The notes under the pieces were generated by a model. That model was not told where the DNA came from. It did no database searches and was given only the letters and a program-made list of their open reading frames with translations. Positions 37,544 through 47,903 of a stretch of DNA of 64,000 nt are shown here, in pieces. Both the position numbers and the translations under genes were made by a program. The DNA is from Candidatus Komeilibacteria bacterium (lineage in GTDB: Bacteria > Patescibacteriota > Patescibacteriia > UBA1558), in NCBI GenBank assembly GCA_048538235.1, contig JBLYPX010000001.1, positions 328,013 through 392,012 on the forward strand. Reading direction: 5' to 3'. Numbering within the stretch: the first letter of the stretch is position 1; the number at the start of each line of letters is the position of its first letter.

Positions 37544-38569
37544 ATGAAAATTAGATTGTATACAATGGAATATCCGCCATTTAAAGGTGGTGTAGGTAAT
37601 TACTACGCTGGTCTAGTTAAAGCTATAGAACCGGTGCAAAAGGTAGGTGTTACTACAATTAATCATACTGCTAGATTCTGGCAGGTTTTGCTAATGATGG
37701 TATTTAGTAAAGTAGAGTATTTGTGGGTAGGACACATATTGCCAATAGGAACAGCTGCATATATTTGTAATAGATTATTTAAAAAGAAATACTTTGTTTC
37801 TTTACACGGTATGGATATTAACTTAGCTCAGAAGAATAAACCTAGTTTAACAGCTAAAATATTAAAACACGCAGAGTTTATTACAGTTAATTCAGAGTAT
37901 ACAAAAAAACAGATAAATAATTATGAGGAGTTGATGAGTAAGATTATTGTTGTCTATCCTTGTCCTAATGTAGATAATGCAAATGTAGAAAAGTCTTTAA
38001 TTGAACAAGTTAAAAGCTCATACAGTTTAGAGAATAAAAAAATCATATTAAGTGTAGGAAGACTCGTTGAAAGAAAGGGTGTGCAGAATGTTATCCAGGT
38101 AATGCCAGAAATATTACAAACCTATCCTGAAGCTCTGTACGTAATTATTGGTTCAGGTGAACATTTACCAGAATTAAAAAGAATGGTTCAGGTTAAGAAT
38201 TTAGAAAAGAATGTTTTAATCTTAACTGGAGTTGGAAATAGTGAGCTAGCTGCATTCTATTCCTTAGCTGATCTATTTATTATGCCAACCATAGATGATG
38301 GTATGGATGTTGAAGGTTTTGGTATTGTCTATCTAGAAGCCGGTGTATTTGGAAAGCCAGTTATAGCAACACCAGTAGGTGGTGCTAAAGAAGCTGTTAA
38401 AGATAATGTAACCGGTATATTTACCAGTAGAGAAACAATGGTTTCAGACATTATTAAATTATTAAAAGATAAGAGCTTTGCAGATGAATTAGGTGCTAAT
38501 GCTAAAAATATTATTAAGAAAGAATATACATATACTGCACAAGCTAAAAAAATATTACAAAGAATATGA
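37544..38569 (+). CDS. GT4 glycosyltransferase
   Basis: YPPFKGG, VGRLVERKG, EGFGIVYLEA. Confidence 0.92.
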   Translation: MKIRLYTMEYPPFKGGVGNYYAGLVKAIEPVQKVGVTTINHTARFWQVLLMMVFSKVEYLWVGHILPIGTAAYICNRLFKKKYFVSLHGMDINLAQKNKPSLTAKILKHAEFITVNSEYTKKQINNYEELMSKIIVVYPCPNVDNANVEKSLIEQVKSSYSLENKKIILSVGRLVERKGVQNVIQVMPEILQTYPEALYVIIGSGEHLPELKRMVQVKNLEKNVLILTGVGNSELAAFYSLADLFIMPTIDDGMDVEGFGIVYLEAGVFGKPVIATPVGGAKEAVKDNVTGIFTSRETMVSDIIKLLKDKSFADELGANAKNIIKKEYTYTAQAKKILQRI

Positions 38570-39747
38570 TAGATAAGAAAAGAAACATAGTGATGTTTAA
38601 TATGTCACCATATAGTGATTGGGAAGAGGGGATTTCAAACCGTAATCGTCATATTTTACAAACACTATTAAAAGATGAAAGTGTTAATAAGATAATAGCT
38701 ATAGACTATTTACCTTGGACTTGGAAAAAGGTTATTAAGCAATATATGTATAGTTATTTACCAAGTTTAAATAAACACAAGGGGATATATAAATCTTCTT
38801 TAACATCAGCTCGGGAATATTCAGATAAGCTTATTGTAGTATCTTCAGTTGCTAATTATTTTAGTAAAAAGATATTTTGGTCAGATATTAATAATATTAT
38901 TAAAAAGTCTGAAATAGATGAATATATTGTTTGGTCATACAATCCATTAATAACTGACTATTTTGAAAAACTTAATGCTACTTCATATATCTTTGATGCA
39001 GTAGATGATTGGTCTATTCACCCTTCTTACCAGATTATTAAAGATAAATTGCAAGCAAATTATACACTCATTGCAGAGAAGTCAGATATTATCTTTACTG
39101 TAGCTAAAGAATTGGGTAGAAAGTTTAATAAAGATAAAACCTATTGGGTACCTAATGGTATAGATATTAATCATTATGCTAAGAAATATAGTCTGGTGGA
39201 TAAAGAGATTGCAGATATACCAAAGCCTATTATTGGTTACATTGGAGTTATTTTAGGAAGATTAGATGAAAAGATTATTACATATTTAGCAGAGCATAAT
39301 CCTAATAAGTCTATTGTGTTAGCTGGATCATTTAAAGGTAAATTAAAGCATTGGGATAAAGAGCTAATTAAAAAACTTCAGTCTTATGCTAATATATATC
39401 TATTGGGATATATACCATATTCTAAAGCACCAATGTATATACAGCAGTTCGATGTCGCTATTATTCCACACAAAGCAGATACATATGTTGGTACAACCAA
39501 TCCAATGAAAATGTATGAGTATTTAGTTTGTGGTAGACCTATTGTAGCAACACCAGCTCCTGGTATAGACATGTTTGAAGAAATTAGGGTAGCTTCTACA
39601 CCAGAAGATTTTAATAAAGAAGTTATTAAAGCTTTAAAAGATAATACAGAAGAAAAAGAAGAGATAAGAGTTGAACTGGTTAAAGATCATACCTGGAAAG
39701 AAAGAGTTAATAAAATGTTAGAATTAATTAATACTAATGTCTCCTAA
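38566..39747 (+). CDS. GT-B glycosyltransferase (TuaH-like)
   Basis: VPNGID, IGYIG, NPMKMYEYLVCGRPIV. Confidence 0.88.
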   Translation: MIDKKRNIVMFNMSPYSDWEEGISNRNRHILQTLLKDESVNKIIAIDYLPWTWKKVIKQYMYSYLPSLNKHKGIYKSSLTSAREYSDKLIVVSSVANYFSKKIFWSDINNIIKKSEIDEYIVWSYNPLITDYFEKLNATSYIFDAVDDWSIHPSYQIIKDKLQANYTLIAEKSDIIFTVAKELGRKFNKDKTYWVPNGIDINHYAKKYSLVDKEIADIPKPIIGYIGVILGRLDEKIITYLAEHNPNKSIVLAGSFKGKLKHWDKELIKKLQSYANIYLLGYIPYSKAPMYIQQFDVAIIPHKADTYVGTTNPMKMYEYLVCGRPIVATPAPGIDMFEEIRVASTPEDFNKEVIKALKDNTEEKEEIRVELVKDHTWKERVNKMLELINTNVS

Positions 39748-40603
39748 TATTAAATTAAGTATCATAATTGTTTCCTGGAATGTTGTAGTAGATTTGCAGC
39801 GTTGTTTAGATTCAATATATAAATATATATTTACTGACTTTGAAATAATAGTCGTAGATAATAAATCTACAGATAAAACTGTAGAGGTGCTATTAAAAGA
39901 TTATCCTCAGGTAAGAGTAATTGCTAATAAAAAAAATATTGGTTTTGCAGCTGCGAATAATGAAGCTATTAATATAGCAAAAGGTGAGTATTTACTATTT
40001 TTAAATCCAGATACATATTTTATTGATGAACATTCTATTCCTAAAGCTTTAGAATATTTAGCAGATCATCCAAATACTTTATTAACAGGTAATGTACTTA
40101 ATAAAGATCATACAAATCAAGTAGCAGTCAGAAAGTTTCCAACTTTGTATTCGCAAATAATAACCTTGCTTAAATTAAATAATATATTTCCTTTTTTAAA
40201 TAAAGCATATTATTCAAGAGATTTTGATTACACTAAATTACAAGAAGTAGATTCTGTTATTGGAGCTTTTATGTTAATTAAAGCTAGTACTATGAGATAT
40301 TTAGATGCTTTTGATGCAGATTACTTTATTTGGTTTGAAGAAGTAGATTTATGCTATAGAATGAAACAAAAGAAATATCCAGTAGTGTATTTCCCAGATG
40401 CTAAAATAGTACATACAGGCGGTCAAAGTTTTAAATTAATGCTTACTTTTAGAAAGCAATTAATCTTTAATAAATCATTATTAACATATTTTAAGAAACA
40501 TAAGCCAAGGTGGCAGTATAGTATTTTGTTTATTCTGCAACCTGTAAATATATTATTGGCTTTAATTCAACAAACATTTGGAGTAAAAAGAGGTGACTAT
40601 TAA
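39737..40603 (+). CDS. GT2 glycosyltransferase (rhamnosyltransferase-like)
   Basis: VVDNKSTD, GFAAANN, LNPD, FEEVDLC. Confidence 0.9.
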   Translation: MSPNIKLSIIIVSWNVVVDLQRCLDSIYKYIFTDFEIIVVDNKSTDKTVEVLLKDYPQVRVIANKKNIGFAAANNEAINIAKGEYLLFLNPDTYFIDEHSIPKALEYLADHPNTLLTGNVLNKDHTNQVAVRKFPTLYSQIITLLKLNNIFPFLNKAYYSRDFDYTKLQEVDSVIGAFMLIKASTMRYLDAFDADYFIWFEEVDLCYRMKQKKYPVVYFPDAKIVHTGGQSFKLMLTFRKQLIFNKSLLTYFKKHKPRWQYSILFILQPVNILLALIQQTFGVKRGDY

Positions 40604-42035
40604 TTTATTAACAAATTGGGCTAAAAAGCTATTTTGGATATTGATCATAGTAGAGTCAATATCTTTTTGGTCATATATTAAACCAGAGTTAACAGTTTAT
40701 GCTTTTGTATTACTTGTTGGTATTTGCTTAATAGCTAGTATTAGAAATATTGAGTGGGGAATATATATGCTTTTAACTGAAGTGTTTTTATCTTCACATG
40801 GTCGGATGTTATCTTTAGATATTGGTGGTTTGGCTGTTTCTTTAAGATATGGATTATTTGCAGCAGTATTTCTTGCTTCTATTTACTGGCTATTTAGAAA
40901 AGATAATTTTAAACATGTTTTAGGAAGGATATATAAATACAAGAGTTTAATCTTTCTTTTAATCTTTATTGCTATTGGTATTATTCAAGGAGTTGTGATT
41001 AATGGTTTTAGTACAAGCTTCTATGATTGGAATAGCTATTTGTTTCTTTTGTTAATTCCAGCTTTCTTAATGATTAAGAATACAGATTTTATTCTAAACA
41101 TAACCAGAATAATATTTATTGTTGCTAATTGGCTATTCATTAAAACATATATTTATTTGTATGTATTTTCTCATCATACAGATTGGTTAGATTTATCTTT
41201 GCTATATAAATTCTTTAGAGATACCAGAGTTGGTGAGATAACCTATGTAACACAAAACTTTTACAGAATATTTATGCCAGCTCAGGTTTTTGCAGCTATT
41301 ACTTTTATCTTAGTGGTCTTTGTCTTAATACTATATAAACAAGGGAAGCTATCTGTTAAAGATCAATGGTTTGCATATGTTACATTATTTACTTCATCTT
41401 TAACTGTTATGGCTAGCTTTTCTAGAAGTAATTGGTTAGGCCTTGCTATAGCTTTAGTATTTTTATTTACTTATCTATTATCTAAATACAAAATACCTAA
41501 ATTAAAATTAGGTGCCGCTATTATTATGCTTACGGTTGTCCTGTTTATTAATATTGGCTTCATGTATACTTGGACTGGTTCGTGGCAACAAAGAATTGTT
41601 TCATCTAGAATAGATAGTTTGGATGAAGCAGCTTTTTCATCTAGAACAGCTCAGCTTAAACCATTACTTTATGAGATAGGTAAATCTCCAGTTTGGGGTT
41701 ATGGTTTTGGTAAAACTGTTACTTACCAAAGCGATGATCCTAGGATTAAAAATGAAGCTAATCCTAATGGTATATATAATACTCAAGCCTTTGAATGGGG
41801 GTATTTAGACATCTGGCTAAAAATGGGATTATTTGGTCTTTTATCTTACTTGGGCATTATCTATGGCTTATTGCTTAAAAACCTTAAATATGGCCATTTT
41901 GAGGGTAAAATACAGGTATTAAAAGCTGGTTTTGGTATAGGTTTACTCCTTATTTGTATTATTAGTATATTTAGTCCATATATGAATCATCCCTTAGGTT
42001 TTTCTATGCTCTTAATTAATTTAGTAAATGAATAA
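40593..42035 (+). CDS. O-antigen ligase/Wzy-like polymerase
   Basis: Multi-TM; SFSRSNWLG, SSR, WGYGFG, YLDIWLKMGLFGL. Confidence 0.8.
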   Translation: MTINLLTNWAKKLFWILIIVESISFWSYIKPELTVYAFVLLVGICLIASIRNIEWGIYMLLTEVFLSSHGRMLSLDIGGLAVSLRYGLFAAVFLASIYWLFRKDNFKHVLGRIYKYKSLIFLLIFIAIGIIQGVVINGFSTSFYDWNSYLFLLLIPAFLMIKNTDFILNITRIIFIVANWLFIKTYIYLYVFSHHTDWLDLSLLYKFFRDTRVGEITYVTQNFYRIFMPAQVFAAITFILVVFVLILYKQGKLSVKDQWFAYVTLFTSSLTVMASFSRSNWLGLAIALVFLFTYLLSKYKIPKLKLGAAIIMLTVVLFINIGFMYTWTGSWQQRIVSSRIDSLDEAAFSSRTAQLKPLLYEIGKSPVWGYGFGKTVTYQSDDPRIKNEANPNGIYNTQAFEWGYLDIWLKMGLFGLLSYLGIIYGLLLKNLKYGHFEGKIQVLKAGFGIGLLLICIISIFSPYMNHPLGFSMLLINLVNE

Positions 42036-43044
42036 ACAAAAGAAATTAATAATAGGTCTAGTTACATATAATGCAGAAAGATATCTGTATTCTTGTTTAA
42101 CATCTTTAAGTGAACAATCATTTAAAGATTGGGAAATATTAATAATAGACAATGGATCTACAGATAATACTATTAGATATATTAAAGAGAATTATCCTCA
42201 ATTTAAAATAGTAGAGCATAAAAAGAATTTAGGTTTTGCTCAAGCTCACAACCAAATAATATCTTGGACTAAAAGTGATTATATTATGTGTATGAATCAA
42301 GATATTGTTTTAGATAAAGATTATTTAAAAAATATTGTTAACTTCTTAGATAAACATCCTAAGGTGGGATCTGTTGCTGGTAAATTATATAAATGGAACT
42401 TTACAGATAATGTTAAAACAAAAACAATAGATAGTATTGGGCTAGAGCTTAATAGAAATTACAGAGTAGTAGATAAAGCAGAGGGAGAAAAGGATACTGG
42501 TCAGTTTAATGCAGATGAAGAAGTATTTGGTGTATCTGGTGCTGCTCCTGTTTACAGAAGAAAAGCACTGGATAAAGTTAAAATATATAATGCTAATAGG
42601 GAAGAGTATTTTGATGAAGATTTCTTTGCTTATAAAGAAGATGTAGATTTAGCATTTAGATTAAGACTAAATGGTTGGCAATCATATTGTGTTGTAAATT
42701 CAATAGCTTGGCATGATAGATCTACTGGTAATTCGCAATTACAAACTAATTGGAAAATTGCATCAGCTCATAGGAAAAAGAATAAGCTGGTAAATTATTT
42801 ATCTTACCGCAATCATTTACTAATGCTTTATAAGAATTGTTTTAGAATTAATATATTTAAAAACATCATACCGATTTTCTGGTATGAGTTTAGAAAATAT
42901 ATTTTTATGTTGTTATTTAATAGAGTTAAGGAAAAACATATTAAGAGCTATAGTAAGTTAAAACCTTTGATGAAGAATAAAAGGAGACAAATAAAGGAAT
43001 TGACTAAAGTAACAGCTCAGGATATGTTGGAATGGATAAAATAG
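42028..43044 (+). CDS. GT2 glycosyltransferase
   Basis: IDNGSTD, GFAQAHN, FFAYKEDVDL. Confidence 0.9.
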   Translation: MNKQKKLIIGLVTYNAERYLYSCLTSLSEQSFKDWEILIIDNGSTDNTIRYIKENYPQFKIVEHKKNLGFAQAHNQIISWTKSDYIMCMNQDIVLDKDYLKNIVNFLDKHPKVGSVAGKLYKWNFTDNVKTKTIDSIGLELNRNYRVVDKAEGEKDTGQFNADEEVFGVSGAAPVYRRKALDKVKIYNANREEYFDEDFFAYKEDVDLAFRLRLNGWQSYCVVNSIAWHDRSTGNSQLQTNWKIASAHRKKNKLVNYLSYRNHLLMLYKNCFRINIFKNIIPIFWYEFRKYIFMLLFNRVKEKHIKSYSKLKPLMKNKRRQIKELTKVTAQDMLEWIK

Positions 43045-43045
43045 T

Positions 43046-43825
43046 ATGAAATTAAGCATAATAATATTAAATCATAGTACAGCCAAACTAGTTAAAAACT
43101 TAATAGCTAGTATTTTAGCTATGGAATTACCTTGGGCTTTTGAAATAATAGTGGTAGATAATGGTATTAAAGGTATACTGGCTAAAGAATTAAAGTCGTA
43201 TTCATCTCATGTAAAGCTATATGAAATTGAGAACAATGGTTATGCTCATGGTAATAATTATGGTATTCGTAAAGCAAAAGGTGAGTATATAATGATTCTA
43301 AATCCAGATATATATATTAAACAAGAAGCTATTATTTCCTTAGTAGAATATATTGAGTCTAATGAGAAGATTGGTATGGTTGGTCCAAAACTATTGAATG
43401 CTGATGGTACATACCAAAATTCATGTACTAGATATCCAGATTGGCATTTACCATTCTATAGAAGAACAAGACTGGGTAAAACAAAGAAAGGTCAGAAATG
43501 GTTGAGTAATTATCTCTATTTAGATTATGATCATAATACTCCTAAAAAAGTAGATGCTTTGTTTGGAGCAGCTTGGGTGATACGAAGAAAAGCTATTGAT
43601 GAAGTAGGACTACTTGATGAAAGATATTTTCTATACTTTGAGGATTTAGATTGGTGTAGACAATTTAATGAAAAGAATTGGGAAGTTTGGTATTTACCAG
43701 CAGCTGAGGTTATACATTTCCATCATAGAGATTCAGCAGATAAAAAAGGTATAGCTGGTGTATTTTCTAAATTAGGTAGAGTTCATTTATCTAGTTGGTT
43801 TAAATACCTATTAAAATGGAAATAA
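43046..43825 (+). CDS. GT2 glycosyltransferase
   Basis: VVDN, NGYAHGNN, LNPD, FLYFEDLDWC. Confidence 0.9.
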   Translation: MKLSIIILNHSTAKLVKNLIASILAMELPWAFEIIVVDNGIKGILAKELKSYSSHVKLYEIENNGYAHGNNYGIRKAKGEYIMILNPDIYIKQEAIISLVEYIESNEKIGMVGPKLLNADGTYQNSCTRYPDWHLPFYRRTRLGKTKKGQKWLSNYLYLDYDHNTPKKVDALFGAAWVIRRKAIDEVGLLDERYFLYFEDLDWCRQFNEKNWEVWYLPAAEVIHFHHRDSADKKGIAGVFSKLGRVHLSSWFKYLLKWK

Positions 43826-43880
43826 TTGTTTATTTTAGCTAAATTCAGTATAATACATACACTAAATATATATAAAAACT

Positions 43881-45380
43881 ATGACAGAAGAGAAAAAAGA
43901 AATAAATCCATCAGATGAATATAATATTCGTTTAGATAAGCTAGCTAAATTAAAAAAGAATAAGGTAGATGCTTATCCTGCTGAAACATGTGAGGATAGA
44001 TTAGATATTAATGCAGCATTAACAGATTTTGATTCTTTAGAAAAAGAAGATAAAGAAATATGTATAGCTGGTAGAATTAGAAGTATTCGTTTACATGGTG
44101 GTTCTTGTTTTATTCACTCAGAGGATGGTTCTGCTAAGATGCAAGGATATATTAAAAAGGATGAAGTAAAGGCTAAGAATTATGAACAGTTTACAGACTT
44201 TTTTGACGTTGGTGATTTTGTAGAATTAAAAGGTAAACTATTTATTACTAAAAAAGGTGAAAAAACATTACTTGTTAAAAAGTTTAAACTATTATCTAAA
44301 GCTTTAATGCCATTACCAGAAAAGTGGCATGGTTTGTCAGATGTTGAAACAAGATTTAGGCAAAGGTATTTAGATTTACTTGCAAATAAAGAAGTAAAGG
44401 ATGTATTTAAACAAAGATCTGAGATTATTACTTTTATACGTACATATTTTAATAATTTAGGCTTTCTAGAAGTAGATACACCAATACTACAACCACTAGC
44501 TGGCGGTGCTATTGCTAAGCCATTTATTACTCACCATAATGCTTTAGATACAGAATTGTATCTAAGAGTTGCTCCAGAACTATATTTAAAAAAATTAATC
44601 ATTGGTGGTTACGATAAAGTCTATGAAATAGCTAGATGTTTTAGAAATGAAGGTGTAGATCATGCACATAATCCAGAATTTACACAGATTGAATTCTATT
44701 GGGCATATAAAGATTATGAAGATCTAATGAATCTTACTGAAGATTTAATGAGTAATTTAGTTAAAAGTATTAAAGGAGATACAAAACTCACATACCAAGA
44801 AAAGGAGTATGACTTTAAAGCTCCTTATCCTAGATTAGATTTTAAGAAAGAAATTAAAAAACGTTGTAAGTTAGATATAGATAAATACAAAACTAAGTTT
44901 GAATTAAAAGAACAAGTAGAAAAGCTTGGTATTAAAACAGAGGAAGAATGGGGGAGGGGTAAAATGTTAGATGAATTGTATAAGAAATATATTCGTGAAG
45001 TTGAAGATGGCCCTTTCTTTATTACAAACCATCCAATTGAATTATCTCCACTTGCTAAGAAGAACAAAGATGATGAAAACTATGTAGATAGATTTCAATT
45101 AGTAATTGCTGGTTTTGAACTTGGCAATGCTTTTTCAGAGCTTAATGATCCACAAGATCAATCTGAAAGATTTAAAGCTCAACAAGAGCTTAAAGATGGT
45201 GGTGATGAAGAAGCTTGGGATTATGATGATGAATTTGTTGAAGCTTTAAAGTATGGTATGCCACCAACCGCTGGTATGGGTATTGGTATAGATAGACTTG
45301 TTCAGATTTTAACTGACCAACATAATATTAAAGAAGTATTATTCTTTCCAACTTTAAAACCTAAAACAGATAACGAATAA
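43881..45380 (+). CDS. lysS: Lysine--tRNA ligase (class II)
   Basis: [39 protein letters not shown]. Confidence 0.97.
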   Translation: MTEEKKEINPSDEYNIRLDKLAKLKKNKVDAYPAETCEDRLDINAALTDFDSLEKEDKEICIAGRIRSIRLHGGSCFIHSEDGSAKMQGYIKKDEVKAKNYEQFTDFFDVGDFVELKGKLFITKKGEKTLLVKKFKLLSKALMPLPEKWHGLSDVETRFRQRYLDLLANKEVKDVFKQRSEIITFIRTYFNNLGFLEVDTPILQPLAGGAIAKPFITHHNALDTELYLRVAPELYLKKLIIGGYDKVYEIARCFRNEGVDHAHNPEFTQIEFYWAYKDYEDLMNLTEDLMSNLVKSIKGDTKLTYQEKEYDFKAPYPRLDFKKEIKKRCKLDIDKYKTKFELKEQVEKLGIKTEEEWGRGKMLDELYKKYIREVEDGPFFITNHPIELSPLAKKNKDDENYVDRFQLVIAGFELGNAFSELNDPQDQSERFKAQQELKDGGDEEAWDYDDEFVEALKYGMPPTAGMGIGIDRLVQILTDQHNIKEVLFFPTLKPKTDNE

Positions 45381-45384
45381 ATAT

Positions 45385-46629
45385 ATGCTAGATATTAATA
45401 AAATACGTAATAATACTGAAGAGATAAAAACAAGCCTTTTAAAAAGAATGGATTTTGTAGATTTAGAATCTATTATTAAGCTTGACGATGAAAGAAAAGA
45501 TATTGTAACAGAGGTTGATAAGTTAAAAGCAGAAGCAAATAAGATAGCAAAAGGTGGCAAGCCAACACCAGAAGCCATTGAACAGGGTAAAAAATTACGT
45601 GAACAGATTAAAGAATTAGATGAAAAGTTAAATTCAGTAGATTCTAAATTAAAAGAAAAATTGGGAGAACTTCCTAATATTGTTGCAGATGATGTAATTG
45701 CTGGAGATAAAGATAAAAATGAAGTTATTAAAACTTATGGTAAAAAGCAAGAGTTTAAATTTGAACCAAAAGATCATGTAGAATTAGCAACTATGCACGG
45801 GCTAATAGATTATGAAAGGGCTGCTAAGATGTCTGGAGCTGGTTTTTGGGCATATACAGGTAAAGGAGCAGATTTAGAATGGGCACTACTTAATTACTTT
45901 GTAGACTTTCACAGAAAGAATAAGTATAAATTTTTACTACTTCCATATCTATTAACAGAAAAGTCAGCCTATACCTCTGGTCATTTACCAAAGTTTAGAG
46001 AAGATCTATTCTGGACAGAGGATAAATTATGTTTAAATGCGACCTCAGAAATGATGCTTGGTAATTTCCACAGAGAAGAAATACTTCCTGAAGAAGATTT
46101 ACCAATAAAATATTATTCATACTCATCTTGTTTCAGAAGAGAAGCTGGTGCTTATAGAACAGAGGAGAGGGGAATGATTAGAGGTCATCAATTTAATAAG
46201 ATAGAGATGTTTCATTTTACAAAACCGGAAGATTCGTGGAAAGCTTTTGATGAACTTGTTAGCAATGCAGAGAAATTAGTTGAAGGTTTAGGTTTACACT
46301 TTAACTCAGTGAAATTAGCAGCTAAAGATTGTTCTGCAGCTATGGCTAAAACAATAGATCTAGAAGTATATATACCTAGTATGAAAGGATATAAAGAAGT
46401 AAGTAGTATATCTAATGCTTTAGATTACCAAGCAAGAAGAGGTAGTATTAGGTATAAAGATTCAAAAACAGGTAAAAATGAGTTTGTACATACTTTAAAT
46501 GCATCAGGACTAGCAACTAGTAGACTATTACCAGCGATTTTAGAACAAAACCAACAAGAAGACGGTAGTATTAAAATACCAAAAGTATTACAAAAATATT
46601 GTGGATTTAAAAAGATAGAATTAAAATAG
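45385..46629 (+). CDS. serS: Serine--tRNA ligase
   Basis: ATSE, CFRREAG, RGHQFNKIE, HTLNASGLA. Confidence 0.96.
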   Translation: MLDINKIRNNTEEIKTSLLKRMDFVDLESIIKLDDERKDIVTEVDKLKAEANKIAKGGKPTPEAIEQGKKLREQIKELDEKLNSVDSKLKEKLGELPNIVADDVIAGDKDKNEVIKTYGKKQEFKFEPKDHVELATMHGLIDYERAAKMSGAGFWAYTGKGADLEWALLNYFVDFHRKNKYKFLLLPYLLTEKSAYTSGHLPKFREDLFWTEDKLCLNATSEMMLGNFHREEILPEEDLPIKYYSYSSCFRREAGAYRTEERGMIRGHQFNKIEMFHFTKPEDSWKAFDELVSNAEKLVEGLGLHFNSVKLAAKDCSAAMAKTIDLEVYIPSMKGYKEVSSISNALDYQARRGSIRYKDSKTGKNEFVHTLNASGLATSRLLPAILEQNQQEDGSIKIPKVLQKYCGFKKIELK

Positions 46630-46648
46630 AATAAGGGTCGTAAAATAT

Positions 46649-47473
46649 ATGGGATATGGTGATAGGCGTATGCAGAGAGGGAAGTCTATTAGACATCCTG
46701 AGAAAGCCAATTCAAAACTATTGAGAAAGAAAGTAAGTATGTATTTAATTTACATATTTACTTTTTTAATAATATATACATTATTTTTTTCTTTTGTATT
46801 TAAGATTGAATATATTAAAGTAGTGGGTAATGATTCAATTAATACACAAGAGATCGAAGATATTATCTGGCAAGCTGCAGATAAAAACATATTCCTAATA
46901 TTTAGTAGGAATAATTATTGGCTATTATCTACAGATTATCTATTAGAAAGCGTTGAAAAACAATTTGCCTTTGAAGATATTACCATAACTAAAAAGTTTC
47001 CAGATACTATATCCTTACATGTTATTGAAAGAATGGGTAGATTAGTATGGAAAACAGGTCCAGATTACTATGTAGTAGACGCTAGAGGTGTTATCACACG
47101 AAGACTTACAGAAATGAGGCTAGTTACTAGTGGAGATATACCCGTAATTGTAAATAAGGCAGAGAATGAAGTTTTAATTGGTGATACAATACTTAGTGAA
47201 TCAATGATAGCTAATATTTTAGACGCTTATGCTTATTACAATGAATATATAGATAGAGATGGTTTAAGATTTGATCGATTTGAAATAGATAGTGATGAAG
47301 CTGGCTTCTATAAAATAATAACCAGAGATGGACTTGAAATACATATGAATGATGAATCTACAGCTATAACGCAGTTAAGTAAGTTAAAAAGAGTAGTAGA
47401 TAGTCAGAATATTAACTTTAATAATTTATCCTATATAAATTTAAGAGTTGAGAATCAAGTTATATATAAATAA
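46649..47473 (+). CDS. ftsQ: FtsQ/DivIB-like POTRA-domain protein
   Basis: TM, POTRA (IKVVGN...KKFPDTI.L...ER), C-terminal YINLR. Confidence 0.78.
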   Translation: MGYGDRRMQRGKSIRHPEKANSKLLRKKVSMYLIYIFTFLIIYTLFFSFVFKIEYIKVVGNDSINTQEIEDIIWQAADKNIFLIFSRNNYWLLSTDYLLESVEKQFAFEDITITKKFPDTISLHVIERMGRLVWKTGPDYYVVDARGVITRRLTEMRLVTSGDIPVIVNKAENEVLIGDTILSESMIANILDAYAYYNEYIDRDGLRFDRFEIDSDEAGFYKIITRDGLEIHMNDESTAITQLSKLKRVVDSQNINFNNLSYINLRVENQVIYK

Positions 47474-47809
47474 TACCTTATATATTTTACGACGCTTATT
47501 ATTTAGACAATATATAGAGAAGAGAGAGTACACTAATTAGAGAGTGTATTTTTTTAAATATGCCTGGTATATCCCTACCTATGACATACAAAATTTTACA
47601 CGTTCTAGAATGATGTTTTTTTAATAAATACCCGGTATGATCATACCAGTGACTTAAAAAACTTTTTAACTATACATGATATATACTTAAGTTATATAGA
47701 ATACATAATATTTTAAAAGAATAAGGTATATAGAGTCATAATACATAGAAATAGTACAAAATAGCCAAAACTACAGATTTACCTATTTTTAGATATTATA
47801 GTATATAAT

Positions 47810-47837
47810 GGTTCGTATAAGATATATTGTGCGACAC
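47810..47837. other. Putative dif (Xer recombination) site at the replication terminus
   Basis: GGTTCGTATAA-GATATA-TTGTGCGACAC, 11-6-11 layout with XerC-like left arm; in an AT-rich gap between convergent gene blocks. Confidence 0.7.
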
Positions 47838-47903
47838 ATAGTATATATAAAAATAAAGTAGAATAATACACTACTCTACTAAACAATAAAATTATTTATT
47901 CAA

